Origin: Sporopachydermia quercuum
Lineage: Eukaryota
Length of the DNA stretch: 64,000 nt
NCBI GenBank assembly: GCA_001599295.1
Contig: BCGN01000001.1
Location: 2,356,001 to 2,420,000 of the forward strand
Direction: 5' to 3'
Part shown: positions 1 to 11,955 of the stretch, piece after piece
How the letters are laid out: every line of letters starts with the position of its first letter
How positions within the stretch are numbered: position 1 is the stretch's first letter
The notes under the pieces: model-generated
The model's input: only the letters and a program-made list of their open reading frames with translations
Told to the model about the DNA's origin: nothing
Databases searched by the model: none
Made by a program: the position numbers and the translations under genes

Positions 1-1408
1 TTACTCTGTTTATTCAGTATGTCAACAATAATTCTCGTAATTCCAAGTGCTCATGATTTTACTATTATAATTTGTTGAGCACATATCATGTGATGAGCTA
101 ATTAAATAAACAAGCTCGAAGGAATTTGAAGGAAGTATAGTCTACCGTTTTGGCAACTTCTTAATCTTCCAATAAGGGCTTTATTCCGAAATTTCATCTA
201 GTATTGACTCATATTTCAGAAATCACATTTTCTAGATCAATCTGATCTACCAACGCTCGAATTTTTCTATTTCATTCCTCGATCTTACTGTATTCTTCCG
301 CTTTCTGTAAGTTTTTTTCAAATTAAAAATTTAAGGTCTTCTATTAATTAAACTTTGATATCGGCATTCAGCCCAAAGGCCGAGTACCAACAAACTAGGT
401 AGGATGTACCTAGGTTTACGATTATGTTGCATATTTACCATATAAATTGCACATATGAATGCATAGAAATTACTCAACACTCGACTTGTCGTAACAAGTG
501 CAAAACCTTATTTGCTGAAGAAAAGAAAGAAAAAAGCAGCAAAAAGACTATCGGCAATTAGAATATTTTGTAGTGAAAGGCAACATATAAATAACTTTTC
601 TTCTTCCTTCTCTGTAATAGTTTGTATTTATTTCTATGACTTCAGAGAAACAACGAATGTTCTATTGAATTGATCAAGAAACTACAGCAAGGGTGTGCTT
701 TAATTAATAATACTTGATAAGAACATACGAAGATAGTTTCCTACACTGTTTTATTCGGAGAAATTGTTCTTCACAAGTGTTCGCCCAATAGCTAGCTATT
801 TGCAGTGGTTATCATCTGGTTATTCATCAGTTGAAAAGTATTGACACAACGGATTATGTGGTTTTGGCTGTTTATCAGAAATATCTGTAACAGCTCTACC
901 TTATTGCATCATTATTGAATTTCTGCGACACCAATATTGATACTTATCTGGCTTCCTTCAGTGTTCTTTAAAGTGGAAACTGGACACAAAAGATTGATGA
1001 AAACAACGCAAACCTCAATTCCTACTTTATACAGAACATTTAGTTATCCTGAAAATTATTACGCATATTTTCAAGATATTGAGTCAGTTTTATGTCAGTT
1101 TTAGTCGCCTTCCTTTGATCACCAGCAATCAAGGATTCGATTTTTTGCATGTACTAATTAGACCACGTTGAAACAACCCTCACTACTTTCGGCATTTGAA
1201 TTTACTGGTGGAAATCGAAAGTGGGATTCGTAAAAATTGGCGGACATCTCCAAATATATTCAAGTTGAAGTCAATTAATACTGGGTTGAATAGCTGTCGT
1301 AAGGTTGCCTTCACTAGAGTGTTTTCAAGTAAATCGATTACCCTGTCTGCTATTCCACTGCTACCTACGCCGAATCGTGTGAAAAGAAACCGTGAGAATC
1401 TGAATAAT

Positions 1409-2110
1409 ATGACTGTGAGCACACCTAACGGCAAAATGACACCGGAATATCCATTTCATCTGGATAAACATTGTAGCATTACAGATCTACTAGCTCGCAA
1501 TGCTGCTTGGGCAGAACAAATGAGAATTGAGTATCCAACGTTATTTCCTACGAATGGCCGGGGACAGTCTCCTCATACATTATGGCTAGGATGCTCGGAT
1601 TCGAGAGCCGGTGAGACGATTGTGGATGTCAATCCTGGTGAGATTTTTGTTCATAGGAATATTGCAAACTTAGCGCCGTTCGGAGATCTCTCTTCGCTGT
1701 CAGTTATACAATTTGCGGTTGAAGTTTTAGGCGTGTCAAAGATTGTCGTATGTGGCCATTTAGATTGTGGTGGTGTATGGGCATCATTAGCTACAAGAAG
1801 AGTTGGTGGTGTGTTAGATCACTGGTTAAGAAACGTTCGTGATGTGAAAGCAAGAAATAAGAAGATATTAGACGCTATAGAAGATCCAAAAGAGAAGGCT
1901 GATAAGCTTGTCGAATTAAACGTGATTGCACAAGTGCATAACATTCGTCGACATGAATCAGTAGTTGAAGCACTCTCAAGAGGGCAAGTAGAAGTACATG
2001 GTGTTGTTTACGATGTGGGAACAGGTTTGCTGAAAGTAATTGAAGTACCTGTCGATGAATTTGAGAAGGAATATATTACTTTAGCAGCAGGGGTTGATGA
2101 ACACCATTAA
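1409..2110 (+). CDS. NCE103: Beta-class carbonic anhydrase (first in-frame ATG at 1409; the frame is open upstream to 1172)
   Basis: Zn-binding motifs GCSDSR and GHLDCGG; PGEIFVHRNIAN; QFAVEVLGV, all typical of fungal beta-CAs. Confidence 0.95.
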   Translation: MTVSTPNGKMTPEYPFHLDKHCSITDLLARNAAWAEQMRIEYPTLFPTNGRGQSPHTLWLGCSDSRAGETIVDVNPGEIFVHRNIANLAPFGDLSSLSVIQFAVEVLGVSKIVVCGHLDCGGVWASLATRRVGGVLDHWLRNVRDVKARNKKILDAIEDPKEKADKLVELNVIAQVHNIRRHESVVEALSRGQVEVHGVVYDVGTGLLKVIEVPVDEFEKEYITLAAGVDEHH

Positions 2111-2450
2111 TAATGGTTGGTTGTATATATATGGTTATAGATTTTTATTACATAAGAATAGAAAATGAGAAAAAATGGCTTTTCGGTTATGATAAATTTG
2201 TTTTGTTTGATTGTATCTTACTCTATAAGTTAGATAGTTATAATGATCACTTTGTTTACGATGTATTTATTGTTCTAATGGGTTGTAAACAGCTATTGAT
2301 TTTCAAGTTGTATACTACGGGTTCTAAGCTTCTCTAAGACGTAATATTGTAGATTCTGAAACCTATAGCGAGTATTGAAGACATCTTATTCTTCTCTTCT
2401 TTATTAAACTAACAAATCAATCGTTTAAAAAGCTTTATTACTATAATTAA

Positions 2451-2515
2451 CATTACCAATATTAACATTATTATTATTGACATATTATTGACACTATTAT
2501 TATTAACAGTATTAT
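2451..2515. repeat. Imperfect tandem ATTATT(A/G)AC low-complexity repeat
   Basis: Repeated cattatta/ttattgac/tattaac units visible in the intergenic DNA. Confidence 0.5.
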
Positions 2516-3950
2516 TTGTTTTATTTATTGGATCCATCTTTTATCCGATGTTTTCACATGATTATGTAAACAAATAAAGATTTCAATAGCAAACAACATT
2601 GATAAGCTCAACAATAAAATGTATAGATAACGGTCCAACCAGAAGCTCGCATAAAAGAAATTGACAACCCTACCATCCAGCATTTTCATCCTCTCAAAAT
2701 GTACTTGTATTAAAATATATGATTACATCAACAAACATCTTCTTGGTTCTTGTTCTAGCCTTCAAACACTGCGCCGTAGTCCTACCAGATTGGTTTATTT
2801 ACATGGCTTACGATATCAGAAAATATACCCGAATGGGATACAAGAAACATTTCGAGACGGCATCGCATCTCTTGCATATGTGATATAAGAATGCATACAA
2901 ATATGTGCTATTTGAAATGATCTACCGCCATAATCTCATCCATCCTTTGATTCTTACATTGTCTCTTTGGGGGTTTATATTACCTCCTGAATTCGCATTA
3001 TTAATTAGACTGACTGAATAGAAATTAGCCGAAGGAGAATAGGAGACCAGCTCTTACGATTAGGAGGCAATTCACGAATATTTCCTATTAGATTCCAGAA
3101 TTGTTTTGAGAGTAACTATTTTCCCCTATTAATAGCTATTCTTTCAACAACAAGACTTCTCTTCTAAACTCATCCCTACTTCTACTTAGAATATGTTCAT
3201 TTACTCCTTGATACAATCAATCATCACTGATAAGATTGAATTTGATTGAAAATGCATCATTTGAACTGTACATTGTTCATTATATACGCATAATTTAACG
3301 TTTGCGCTAATCCGTAACCTACTGCTCATTGAATTGTAATAAGATTAAACAGCTTCTGTAATCTTATTTAAATTACTAAAAAAATTAAGTTTTCCCATAG
3401 TAATCTTTTTTTTCTGGTTACTCTTCGATTTCATCTTTACTCCTCCTTTTCCTTCTCCTGGGGTATAATTCTGGCTTAGATTTTACTGTTAGTCATTTCA
3501 TACTTCTTCCGACACGAACAATTTGCTGTTCCTTTGATCTTATTCTTATTGTTGGTTTCTAGTTACTATTTCTTAATAGATACTATTAGATTGATAGGAA
3601 ACTTTTGATATCAAAGGTTTTGATTTAATTTGACTTGTTATATAGTGTCCTGAAGGAATACCTAAGGACAGTGATTTGTCGTTTGACTAGGGACGAAGGC
3701 GAATAAAGACACAAATAATTTGCATTAGTCTGTTGGTTCAGGAAAGCTTTTAGAACTTCATAGAAAGATCTCCGGGGATCTGGTTTTTTCCGTTGATCTT
3801 AATATTTGTCTATTAAGAATCAATCTGTATTGTTAATCGAAACGATACTATCCTGGCTTTATAGTATTCATTAGTATTGAGAAGGGTTCACTTCAAAAGA
3901 CACCTTTTCAAAGATATCTCCTCAATAAATTGAAGCTCAACACTGTTAAT

Positions 3951-5384
3951 ATGATGCTCAACGTTACTCCACTTCATCCAATAAACTACGCAATTCATCC
4001 AATCCCAAAAGAAACAGAGAGAGAAATCCCTCCAGAGCAACGTCATCTCATACCAGATATCTCTAACATTGCCACCAGGAAGTATGCCACATCTGTTGAT
4101 GATCGAAGCTATTTAACTGTTTATGAATATACTATCAATAGCCAGTGGATTATTTGGGATTACTTCACTGGCTATGTTCATCTTACTGGTTTATGGAAAG
4201 CAATTGGAAATACCAAAGCAGATATTGTAAAGTTAGTTGATACTGCCCCTGAACTAGAAAATTGCTTGAAAAGAGTAAGAGGTGGTTATTTGAAAATCCA
4301 GGGAACCTGGATTCCTTTTGACATTGCAAAGAAACTTGCCGCTCGTACTTGTTATTTTATAAGGTACGCTTTAGTACCATTGTTTGGTTCTGATTTCCCT
4401 AATCTCTGCCTCAAACCCGGTGATATTGGATTTGGAGTATTAAGACTTGGTAATGGAATTCCAATCAGGAAAAGAAAGAGGAAAAGCATTTCTGCTAAGT
4501 CAGATAGAGACTCAATTAGCAAAGCAATGATAATTCAAAAGAGTCCAGCAAGCAGAAGGAAAAGTGAGAATTTGTCTCCCAATGGAACTCTAGAAACTTT
4601 TGACTTTGCCGCTATTCATAAAAGAAACTCTTCATTACCTTCTTCTTACTTCGTATCGTTTGATTCTTCAAAAATGAACAAACCAGTTTTTTGCTCTGAC
4701 GATGAAAATGAGACGGTGCATTTTGATGCTCCCAGTCCTATTTCTGGTATTGGAAGTATCAGTAAGAAAAGTATTGTCAATAGAAGTGGATTGTATCCTG
4801 ACTATATTGCTGTGCCAGTCACCCCACCTCCTATTCCCGATCATATTGATATACCAGGTACATCTACAGATAATGCTATTTCTCAGTTTTTAGCATCAAG
4901 ACAAGATTTTGCTGCAATGTTATCTGCAGGAAGATCACTTCAACAGTTATCAACATCGCAAACGTTTGATAAGGGGAAGTTAGGTGGTCAGTTTGAGTTC
5001 GGTGGTGTTTATTGGCACTGGAATGGAGAAGGAAGTATTGAAATTTTGTCTCAAAAGGAATTTCTAAAAGCTACAACTCCCAGAAAGAAAGCTAGAAAAT
5101 CAAAGAAAGCAAATGCAGTTATTGATCCGACAAATAAATCAATACCTAATCTTTTGCAACAGCAACTGGTAGGAAACAGATCAAAGCTGAATGATGTTAT
5201 TCAAGGTATTAGTACATCAGAGAAAGTTGTTAATACTACTGGAATGGAAGATTTGAATAGGAGTATAAATATTGATCCTGTTTCAACTCCAAGGACGATT
5301 TCCATGGGTACCTTGGTAGCTCCTACCAGCCCTGAAACTCCTCAGTCAAAAGCAAGGATAAACATTCAGAGCTTGCTCTCATAG
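3951..5384 (+). CDS. XBP1: APSES/KilA-N transcription factor, Xbp1-like
   Basis: IIWDYFTGYVHLTGLWKA...RVRGGYLKIQGTWIPF...YALVPLFG, then a basic NLS-like RKRKRK and a low-complexity tail; first ATG at 3951. Confidence 0.8.
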   Translation: MMLNVTPLHPINYAIHPIPKETEREIPPEQRHLIPDISNIATRKYATSVDDRSYLTVYEYTINSQWIIWDYFTGYVHLTGLWKAIGNTKADIVKLVDTAPELENCLKRVRGGYLKIQGTWIPFDIAKKLAARTCYFIRYALVPLFGSDFPNLCLKPGDIGFGVLRLGNGIPIRKRKRKSISAKSDRDSISKAMIIQKSPASRRKSENLSPNGTLETFDFAAIHKRNSSLPSSYFVSFDSSKMNKPVFCSDDENETVHFDAPSPISGIGSISKKSIVNRSGLYPDYIAVPVTPPPIPDHIDIPGTSTDNAISQFLASRQDFAAMLSAGRSLQQLSTSQTFDKGKLGGQFEFGGVYWHWNGEGSIEILSQKEFLKATTPRKKARKSKKANAVIDPTNKSIPNLLQQQLVGNRSKLNDVIQGISTSEKVVNTTGMEDLNRSINIDPVSTPRTISMGTLVAPTSPETPQSKARINIQSLLS

Positions 5385-6881
5385 TGATTATTCTGCACTT
5401 TCTATTTGGTGTTGGGTCTAAGTTGGAATTATCCTCAGTTTGGTTAATGGTGCTTATTTGGTCATTGGGTACGGTGGGTTAGGATTTTGCTTTATCGGTT
5501 TATAAATGGTATGATTGGTTAAAGAGCAATTGGGTTTTCTTTTTTATTGTTTTCGTAATCTCTTCTCATTCTTTGAATTAATTTTTTTTTTTTTTAAAGT
5601 ACATAGCTCGCTATTTTCCCATTCTTTTTTTCTTGTGTCAGGATTAGCTATAAATATCGCTCAGGTTGGGTTACTTTGTCAATGCTCCCAATATTCATAA
5701 GTTTCTTTGAGGAGCATATATAATTTTGACAAGTTCCATCCAAGGGTTATTACTATACATGGTATTCAATCTTTAAACAGCATGTAGGAAATCCCGAGCT
5801 AACAGAAGTATGGTAAAGTAAGAGATTAATCTGAGTATGACGTATATGGATAAATTCAATCTCGAGCAATTCAGATAACGTTTGGCAATGAAGAACTGAG
5901 AGAATTTGCCGTATTGCGGGTATGCTGTTAAATCAATGAAATGCTAGTACAAGACGTTTCACTCTGATGATAACCAGATTTTTCTAAATTCACTGCTTAC
6001 CATGTAATAGCTTTTGAAAACACAGCTATGTGGCAGCCATCTTACTACAATAAATCTACAGAACTCTGTATATAATTGATATATTCTCACATGCTCTAGA
6101 TCATTTCCTCGAGACTGCGAGATAAGGGAAAAGCGAAAGTACCAATTAACCGATAAGAAACAATATAACGAGGCAATTGTTTAAAGTAGGTGTTTTAAGT
6201 TAGGTAACTAAAGATGCATATGCATACAGAAGGAAAAATAATGCGATGACACAATTTATTTTGGGACTTATCTGAAAAGTGAACTAGTCAGCCAGTGATT
6301 GAATGAAAGTAGGTACCTACGAAATTTTGAACAATATTAATAGATAGCTATAACAAAAGTAAGTGTTTTCTCTTAACGACACTTCTTATTTTCAGAATTG
6401 ATTCCCAGCTAGTCCCAACAATTGATTAATAGAATGAAAGCTGTCAATTCAACCCTGTGAAAGTTATTTCAGAATTAGTCAAACCTTAATACTATTTGTG
6501 TCATATCGCTAAATAAGGTTTATCAGAAACGTATATGGTGTAAACTTTAGAGCTTTTGATTACATAATCTGAAATGGATGATGCTCAGCTTGATCTACAA
6601 CTTACGATGGAATAATTATGTGATTACTACCTGTATCGACGCCTGACAACAATAAACAACAAAGTGGTTTTCTTATATTCTTCTATTTGTTATACTACAC
6701 TCAGAATTTAGTCTATAGTCATCTTTTCTCTGTAGAATTATGTTGCCACACCATGGCGTAAGGTTAACTTCAACGCATCTACATTCTACTTCATTCAAGA
6801 ATTAGTGAGATAAAGATTATACTAGAAATATATGCAAAGGTAATATGAATTGTTGATTATAATTGGCATGAGTATTTCAAA

Positions 6882-9800
6882 CTAAGATTTAATACAGATT
6901 TTTGAACCTTCTGTTAGTCTAGCTAAATCAGCCGAACTAGCACCAGGTTTCGGTGTAGGAGCAGCGGATCTATTATGTTGCATGTGACTTTGAACAAGGT
7001 GTCCAGCAGCTAGAGCTGCACACAGTGAAAGCTCAGCGGCTAAAACACCAGTAGCAATAATTCTGGCTAATTGTCTAGCATTACTACCTGGTTCTGTAGG
7101 ATGCGGTCCTCTAACACCTAGTAATTCTAACATTGCACCTTGTGGTTCTAAAATAGTACCACCACCAATGGTACCAACTTCAATACAAGGCATAGAGACA
7201 GAAATATGGAGATTTCCATCGACATTCTTCATAATTGTAATACAATTGGAACTTTCAACATTTTGGGCCGGATCTTGACCAGTTGCCAAGAAGATGGCGG
7301 TAACCAAGTTAGCAGCTTGAGCATTGAAACCGCCAATACTTCCAGCCATTGCACTTCCAATGAAGTTTTTACTAACGTTTAATTCCACTAGGGCATCAAC
7401 GTCAGATTTTAAGACTTTTCTAACAACATCACCAGGAACAATAGCTTCAGCAACTACACTTTTACCTCTACCTTCAATCCAGTTAATAGCACCGGGCTTC
7501 TTATCTATACAATAATTACCAGACACTGAAATGACCTCCATGTCACTGAATCCACATTGTTCTGTCATATACTTTAAGGCAAACTCTACACCTTTGGATA
7601 TCATATTCATTCCCATGGCATCACCAGTAGTTGTTTTGAATCTAATGAATAACATTGTACCAGCCATTGCTGTCTTAACATGTTGCAACCTTGCAAATCT
7701 GGAAGTGGAATTGAAAGCTTTCTTGAGCTTAGCCTGTCCTTCTTCTGAATCTAACCACATCTTTGCTGCACCAGCTCTCTTTAAATTAGGGAAAGAAACG
7801 CAAGGACCTCTTGTCATTCCATCATTCGTCAAAACAGTTGTGACTCCTCCTCCAGCATTCATAGCTTTACAACCTCTCATAGTTGAAGCTACCAAGCAAC
7901 CTTCTGTAGTAGCCATAGGAATATGGTATGGTTTACCATCAATTATTACTGGTCCTGCAACGCCTAAAGGTAAAGGAATATAACCAATAACGTTTTCACA
8001 ACAGGCTCCGAATACCCGATCGTAATCATAATGAGCGTAAGGCAAGCGGTCAGATTTCAACACATCGGCTTTAGCTATATCAGCAATTGCAAAACGTCTA
8101 ATAACAACTGCTCGCAAATTATTACCAAGTTTCTTTTCTAATGCATATAAAGGTAATTTACCTCTTACAACCAATTCAACAAGTTCTTCGTCCAGCAGTT
8201 GTTGCACAATTCCTTTTTCATAAAGCTCCACAACTTCCTCATAGGATCGTTTAGCAGTTTCCTCTACACCTTCACCATCATCACTTCCATCGTCTCTCTC
8301 GTTATTTGATTCTTTTGGACCATTCGATTCAGTTCGAGCAGTAATGACTTTTATGACAGAGCTAGATAAACCAGATGGAACATTTATTTCCAGAGCTCCA
8401 GAGCTTTCTATTTGGACTGGACTTTTAACTGAATTTTCGCTAGCTGTCCTCTTGTGAGATTTAGTTTTCTTTGATGACGAAGAAGTACTAAATTCTTGTG
8501 AACGAGCAATACTCAAGAAATAAGCATTTAAGCCAACAGAAACAGCAAAGAAAACCAAAAGGCCTTTACTAATGTAAGGATCAGTTAACCCTTTATTCAC
8601 GATCTCCATGGCATCGTATAATATTTCTTCAATAATAACGACTGTTTTTTTATATTGAAATGTTCTCATTGGATAAACAGTAAGAATAATATCTTGACCT
8701 TTACTTATTGAAGAAGGAAGATGTTCAATGATGAAATTTATGTCAAAAGAGACAGTATTTTCAGGAAATGTTAATAGTAAAGATCCACTGTTTTCAATCC
8801 CACTAGAATCCTTTGATGAAAACAGAGAAACAGGTAAGGGTAATGAATCCATTGAAATGCCAGTTTTCATTGAAATGAGATTTAGTGCCAAGAATCCCAG
8901 GAATGTAATATACTTGAAAGCGTTGATTCTACTTGATCTGACAATAGTGCCAAATATTTTTGGATCTTCAGATGATTCAAGTAGTTTTTCTTCATTAGCA
9001 GCGGCAATTTCAGCAGCTTCACTTGCAACTCCATCTTCCTCTAAAGCATTTTTCACACCAGTGGTACGTTTGATTTTACTAATTTCAAGCTTGACTGCAA
9101 GAATAGCAGCATAGAAAGTGAATAATAAAAAACAGTCAAAAGCTAGAATGATCATGCTTAATTGCAAGAACTGTTTAATACGATTCACTTGCAAAGTGTA
9201 AGCTCCCAAAGCGAAAACAACAATCTCAAGGAAATAATCTCGAAGTATAGAACCACCTGTAGTTCTAACCGAATTTCTAATAACATTAACGCTTCCAATG
9301 TGGCTCTTATCTGGATGAGATTCTTGAGCATTATAGGCATTCAATATATCCTTTGTAAGTTTGATCTTGTTTTCAAACCCAATGGTGACGACTAAGAAAG
9401 GTAGCCCTTCTGAGAGGCTTCTTAAAGATACAGCAATTCCAAGTTTTTGAGCAGTGAATAGAGCAAGCAAGAAGCTGAAACCAGATGAGAGTAAAATGGT
9501 GGTGGCTAACCAGAACTTAGATTTCACTTCTCTCATTGAGATGTATAAAGAAATAAATGTATAATACATAGCAAGATAAGCAATTCCCACAGCTATAATA
9601 TCAAAAGATTCAGCTCCTTCTAAAGCCTTGACAGTCTTAGCATAAGCATATTTGGCCCATTCAACTATACTAAATGATTTCTTCAAAGCTTTAATGTTCC
9701 AAACTATATGATCATTGAATTTGAGCTCTGAAAGTGAGGCTAATTTTTCACTTTCGTCTAAATCCGTAATCAAATAACGAATGGATCCATCATCACTGGA

Positions 9801-10127
9801 AAATGCCCCTTCGATCTCGGGAATATCATTACCATTATTACCACTGAATTTTAACCCAGTCAATGCCAAATGCGTGGCAGTTGGGAAACCAACACTATCA
9901 TCTATTTTTGTCCAGTTGGTATAATTTTCTCCTGGTAAAAAGTAATTCGTTCCAGTTGATGATGGAGAGGAGATTTCGCTACCATTTTCTAAATCTGGTG
10001 TATAATAATCTAGCACTGAAAGATAAGCAGCTGATGTAAGCAATGATATTAAAACAATAAAGTGAACCGGGAAATGAGCTGCTGTTGCTGCTAAATGTGC
10101 GAAGATACTTGTAGCTGGATTAACCAT
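6882..10127 (-). CDS. HMG1: HMG-CoA reductase (class I) with N-terminal sterol-sensing membrane domain
   Basis: CENVIGY, PMATTEGCLVAS, TGDAMGMNM, GQDPAQN, GHLVQSHM catalytic motifs; SEGLPFLVVTIGFE in the SSD; ATG (MVNPA) at 10127. Confidence 0.97.
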   Translation of the reverse strand: MVNPATSIFAHLAATAAHFPVHFIVLISLLTSAAYLSVLDYYTPDLENGSEISSPSSTGTNYFLPGENYTNWTKIDDSVGFPTATHLALTGLKFSGNNGNDIPEIEGAFSSDDGSIRYLITDLDESEKLASLSELKFNDHIVWNIKALKKSFSIVEWAKYAYAKTVKALEGAESFDIIAVGIAYLAMYYTFISLYISMREVKSKFWLATTILLSSGFSFLLALFTAQKLGIAVSLRSLSEGLPFLVVTIGFENKIKLTKDILNAYNAQESHPDKSHIGSVNVIRNSVRTTGGSILRDYFLEIVVFALGAYTLQVNRIKQFLQLSMIILAFDCFLLFTFYAAILAVKLEISKIKRTTGVKNALEEDGVASEAAEIAAANEEKLLESSEDPKIFGTIVRSSRINAFKYITFLGFLALNLISMKTGISMDSLPLPVSLFSSKDSSGIENSGSLLLTFPENTVSFDINFIIEHLPSSISKGQDIILTVYPMRTFQYKKTVVIIEEILYDAMEIVNKGLTDPYISKGLLVFFAVSVGLNAYFLSIARSQEFSTSSSSKKTKSHKRTASENSVKSPVQIESSGALEINVPSGLSSSVIKVITARTESNGPKESNNERDDGSDDGEGVEETAKRSYEEVVELYEKGIVQQLLDEELVELVVRGKLPLYALEKKLGNNLRAVVIRRFAIADIAKADVLKSDRLPYAHYDYDRVFGACCENVIGYIPLPLGVAGPVIIDGKPYHIPMATTEGCLVASTMRGCKAMNAGGGVTTVLTNDGMTRGPCVSFPNLKRAGAAKMWLDSEEGQAKLKKAFNSTSRFARLQHVKTAMAGTMLFIRFKTTTGDAMGMNMISKGVEFALKYMTEQCGFSDMEVISVSGNYCIDKKPGAINWIEGRGKSVVAEAIVPGDVVRKVLKSDVDALVELNVSKNFIGSAMAGSIGGFNAQAANLVTAIFLATGQDPAQNVESSNCITIMKNVDGNLHISVSMPCIEVGTIGGGTILEPQGAMLELLGVRGPHPTEPGSNARQLARIIATGVLAAELSLCAALAAGHLVQSHMQHNRSAAPTPKPGASSADLARLTEGSKICIKS

Positions 10128-11850
10128 TGTATATAGCTTTTCTTTTCTTTTTTTGTTTTTGTTTAATGCATTTGCTAATGAATGCAACTCTAACAAACAG
10201 ATTTCGTTTCAAGGTGCCAATGTGTTAATGTGTGAATGTGTATATTTAGCAAGATGAAGCTTTCAATCTCAATTATGCTAATGCGGTATAGTACTAATCG
10301 AACAACTAAGACGCTAAAATGATACAACCTCAATATCACCAAAACTTCAAATCACAATCGAATTTTTTTGTTGAGTACGTTCTTGCTCTTTTTCTGCAGT
10401 TTTTCGAATGCGTTTTTCTACTTATCGTGATGTATTCGATCTCTATCAACAACACTCCACAAATTTCTCGTTTCTCGAACTTCAAGAAACTGACACTACT
10501 CAGACAATGAAAGGCTAAACAACTTCTTTTCTTCTATCCAATCAAGTTTTCCACCCTCAGATTCGAACAGACAATCAATCAATAAGGGACAGTACAGTCA
10601 TGTATTGATTGTATAACTCCGTGAGAATGATTCAACTCGATCACACCAACAAATAAACAATGATAATGAATTTATCACACTTAACTCATTCACTCGTCTC
10701 ACGCTCTACACTTTACGTTTTTCAGGCTCGATAATATATTTTATTGTCAATTTGATAAATAAAAGACAACAATGTTATCCACCAATTCACTTTCCTACGT
10801 GTTGTGAACAATAATTATAGGTAAGTCGGTCAGTTCTATTTCCCTTTTTCTTTTTTTCTTTTTTTCTTTTTCTTTATTTCGTTATATTTATTTCATTACA
10901 TTTGTTTCATTTGGCGGGATAAAATAATATGGGCAAATAGGTGAAAAATCGTTCTTCAGGGCTGAGTTCATGAGGTATACGTAAGGATATTAGTGAATTC
11001 TTTCAAGGAAAAGGACAATGTCAGGGTTACTCAACCTGACATTGTGAGGTAGTAGAAATGAATGTACATAGATAGGGTTACTTATGATTACTGGTTCGTG
11101 CTATAGAAAAAGGAATAGGAGAAAATCAATAGTTGCTAACAAGAAACGAGATTGGAAATAGTTGCTTTACATACTTGAAGCGTTTTGTATTTATTGAATT
11201 ATGATAGGATAAAATTGATGCAACGAAGAGTTATAAAAATTGTTGTTGTTTATGCACTAGTGCCGAATGAGACAATTATGTGCGACACCTTTTTCGAGAC
11301 TAAAAAGAGTTTGTACTCGCTACGCATTGTGTAACGCAATTTCTGTCGAAGTTTACCTAAAGGGCGATATTGAACAACAATGTTGGGCATTATTATATCC
11401 ATTTCAGAGGAGAATCAAGTTCTTAAAGTTAGATAACACTTTCTGGAAGTCTTAATGGGTTATTTATTATCTTAATTAAGGAATTAAGCAGTATGACAAG
11501 TTTTCCCCGTTTTTTCACCAATGGAGATTTGAGACAAACGCGTTGATCAATGAACGATCAAGTCCCCNAACCGGACAAACCGAATAGATATACGGAAGTT
11601 GTCCATTACTTTGTCCAGTATTGATTACTACAACACGGCAGAAAGAATATTAAATTATTACGTAACCTATTAATCATGTAGGATGTCTCATAACTTTTTT
11701 GGGGGAATCAACAAGACGCATTAGCCGTTGAATGATTAGATGTTCAAATATACATCAATGAAAACGTTTATCATGAGTATTACGGATGGATCGTATAATC
11801 TTGTTGGTGAAGCTAAATGAGACCAAATCTTTCAGTAAGGTTAAAGATTT

Positions 11851-11870
11851 ATATATATATATATATATAT
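11851..11870. repeat. (AT)10 microsatellite
   Basis: Direct reading; lies just 3' of TRM82. Confidence 0.9.
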
Positions 11871-11955
11871 CTATTTCAACTGACTGACCTATTCAAAAGA
11901 GGTCCAAAGTGAAAACTAAAAACCAAAAGACTTGATGTATAATCAACTATTCGTA

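Noticed and set aside
10200..10890. Sterol regulatory elements upstream of HMG1 (TCGTTT, ATCACACCAA)
   Set aside because: Only partial matches to the Upc2 or SREBP consensus, as expected by chance.
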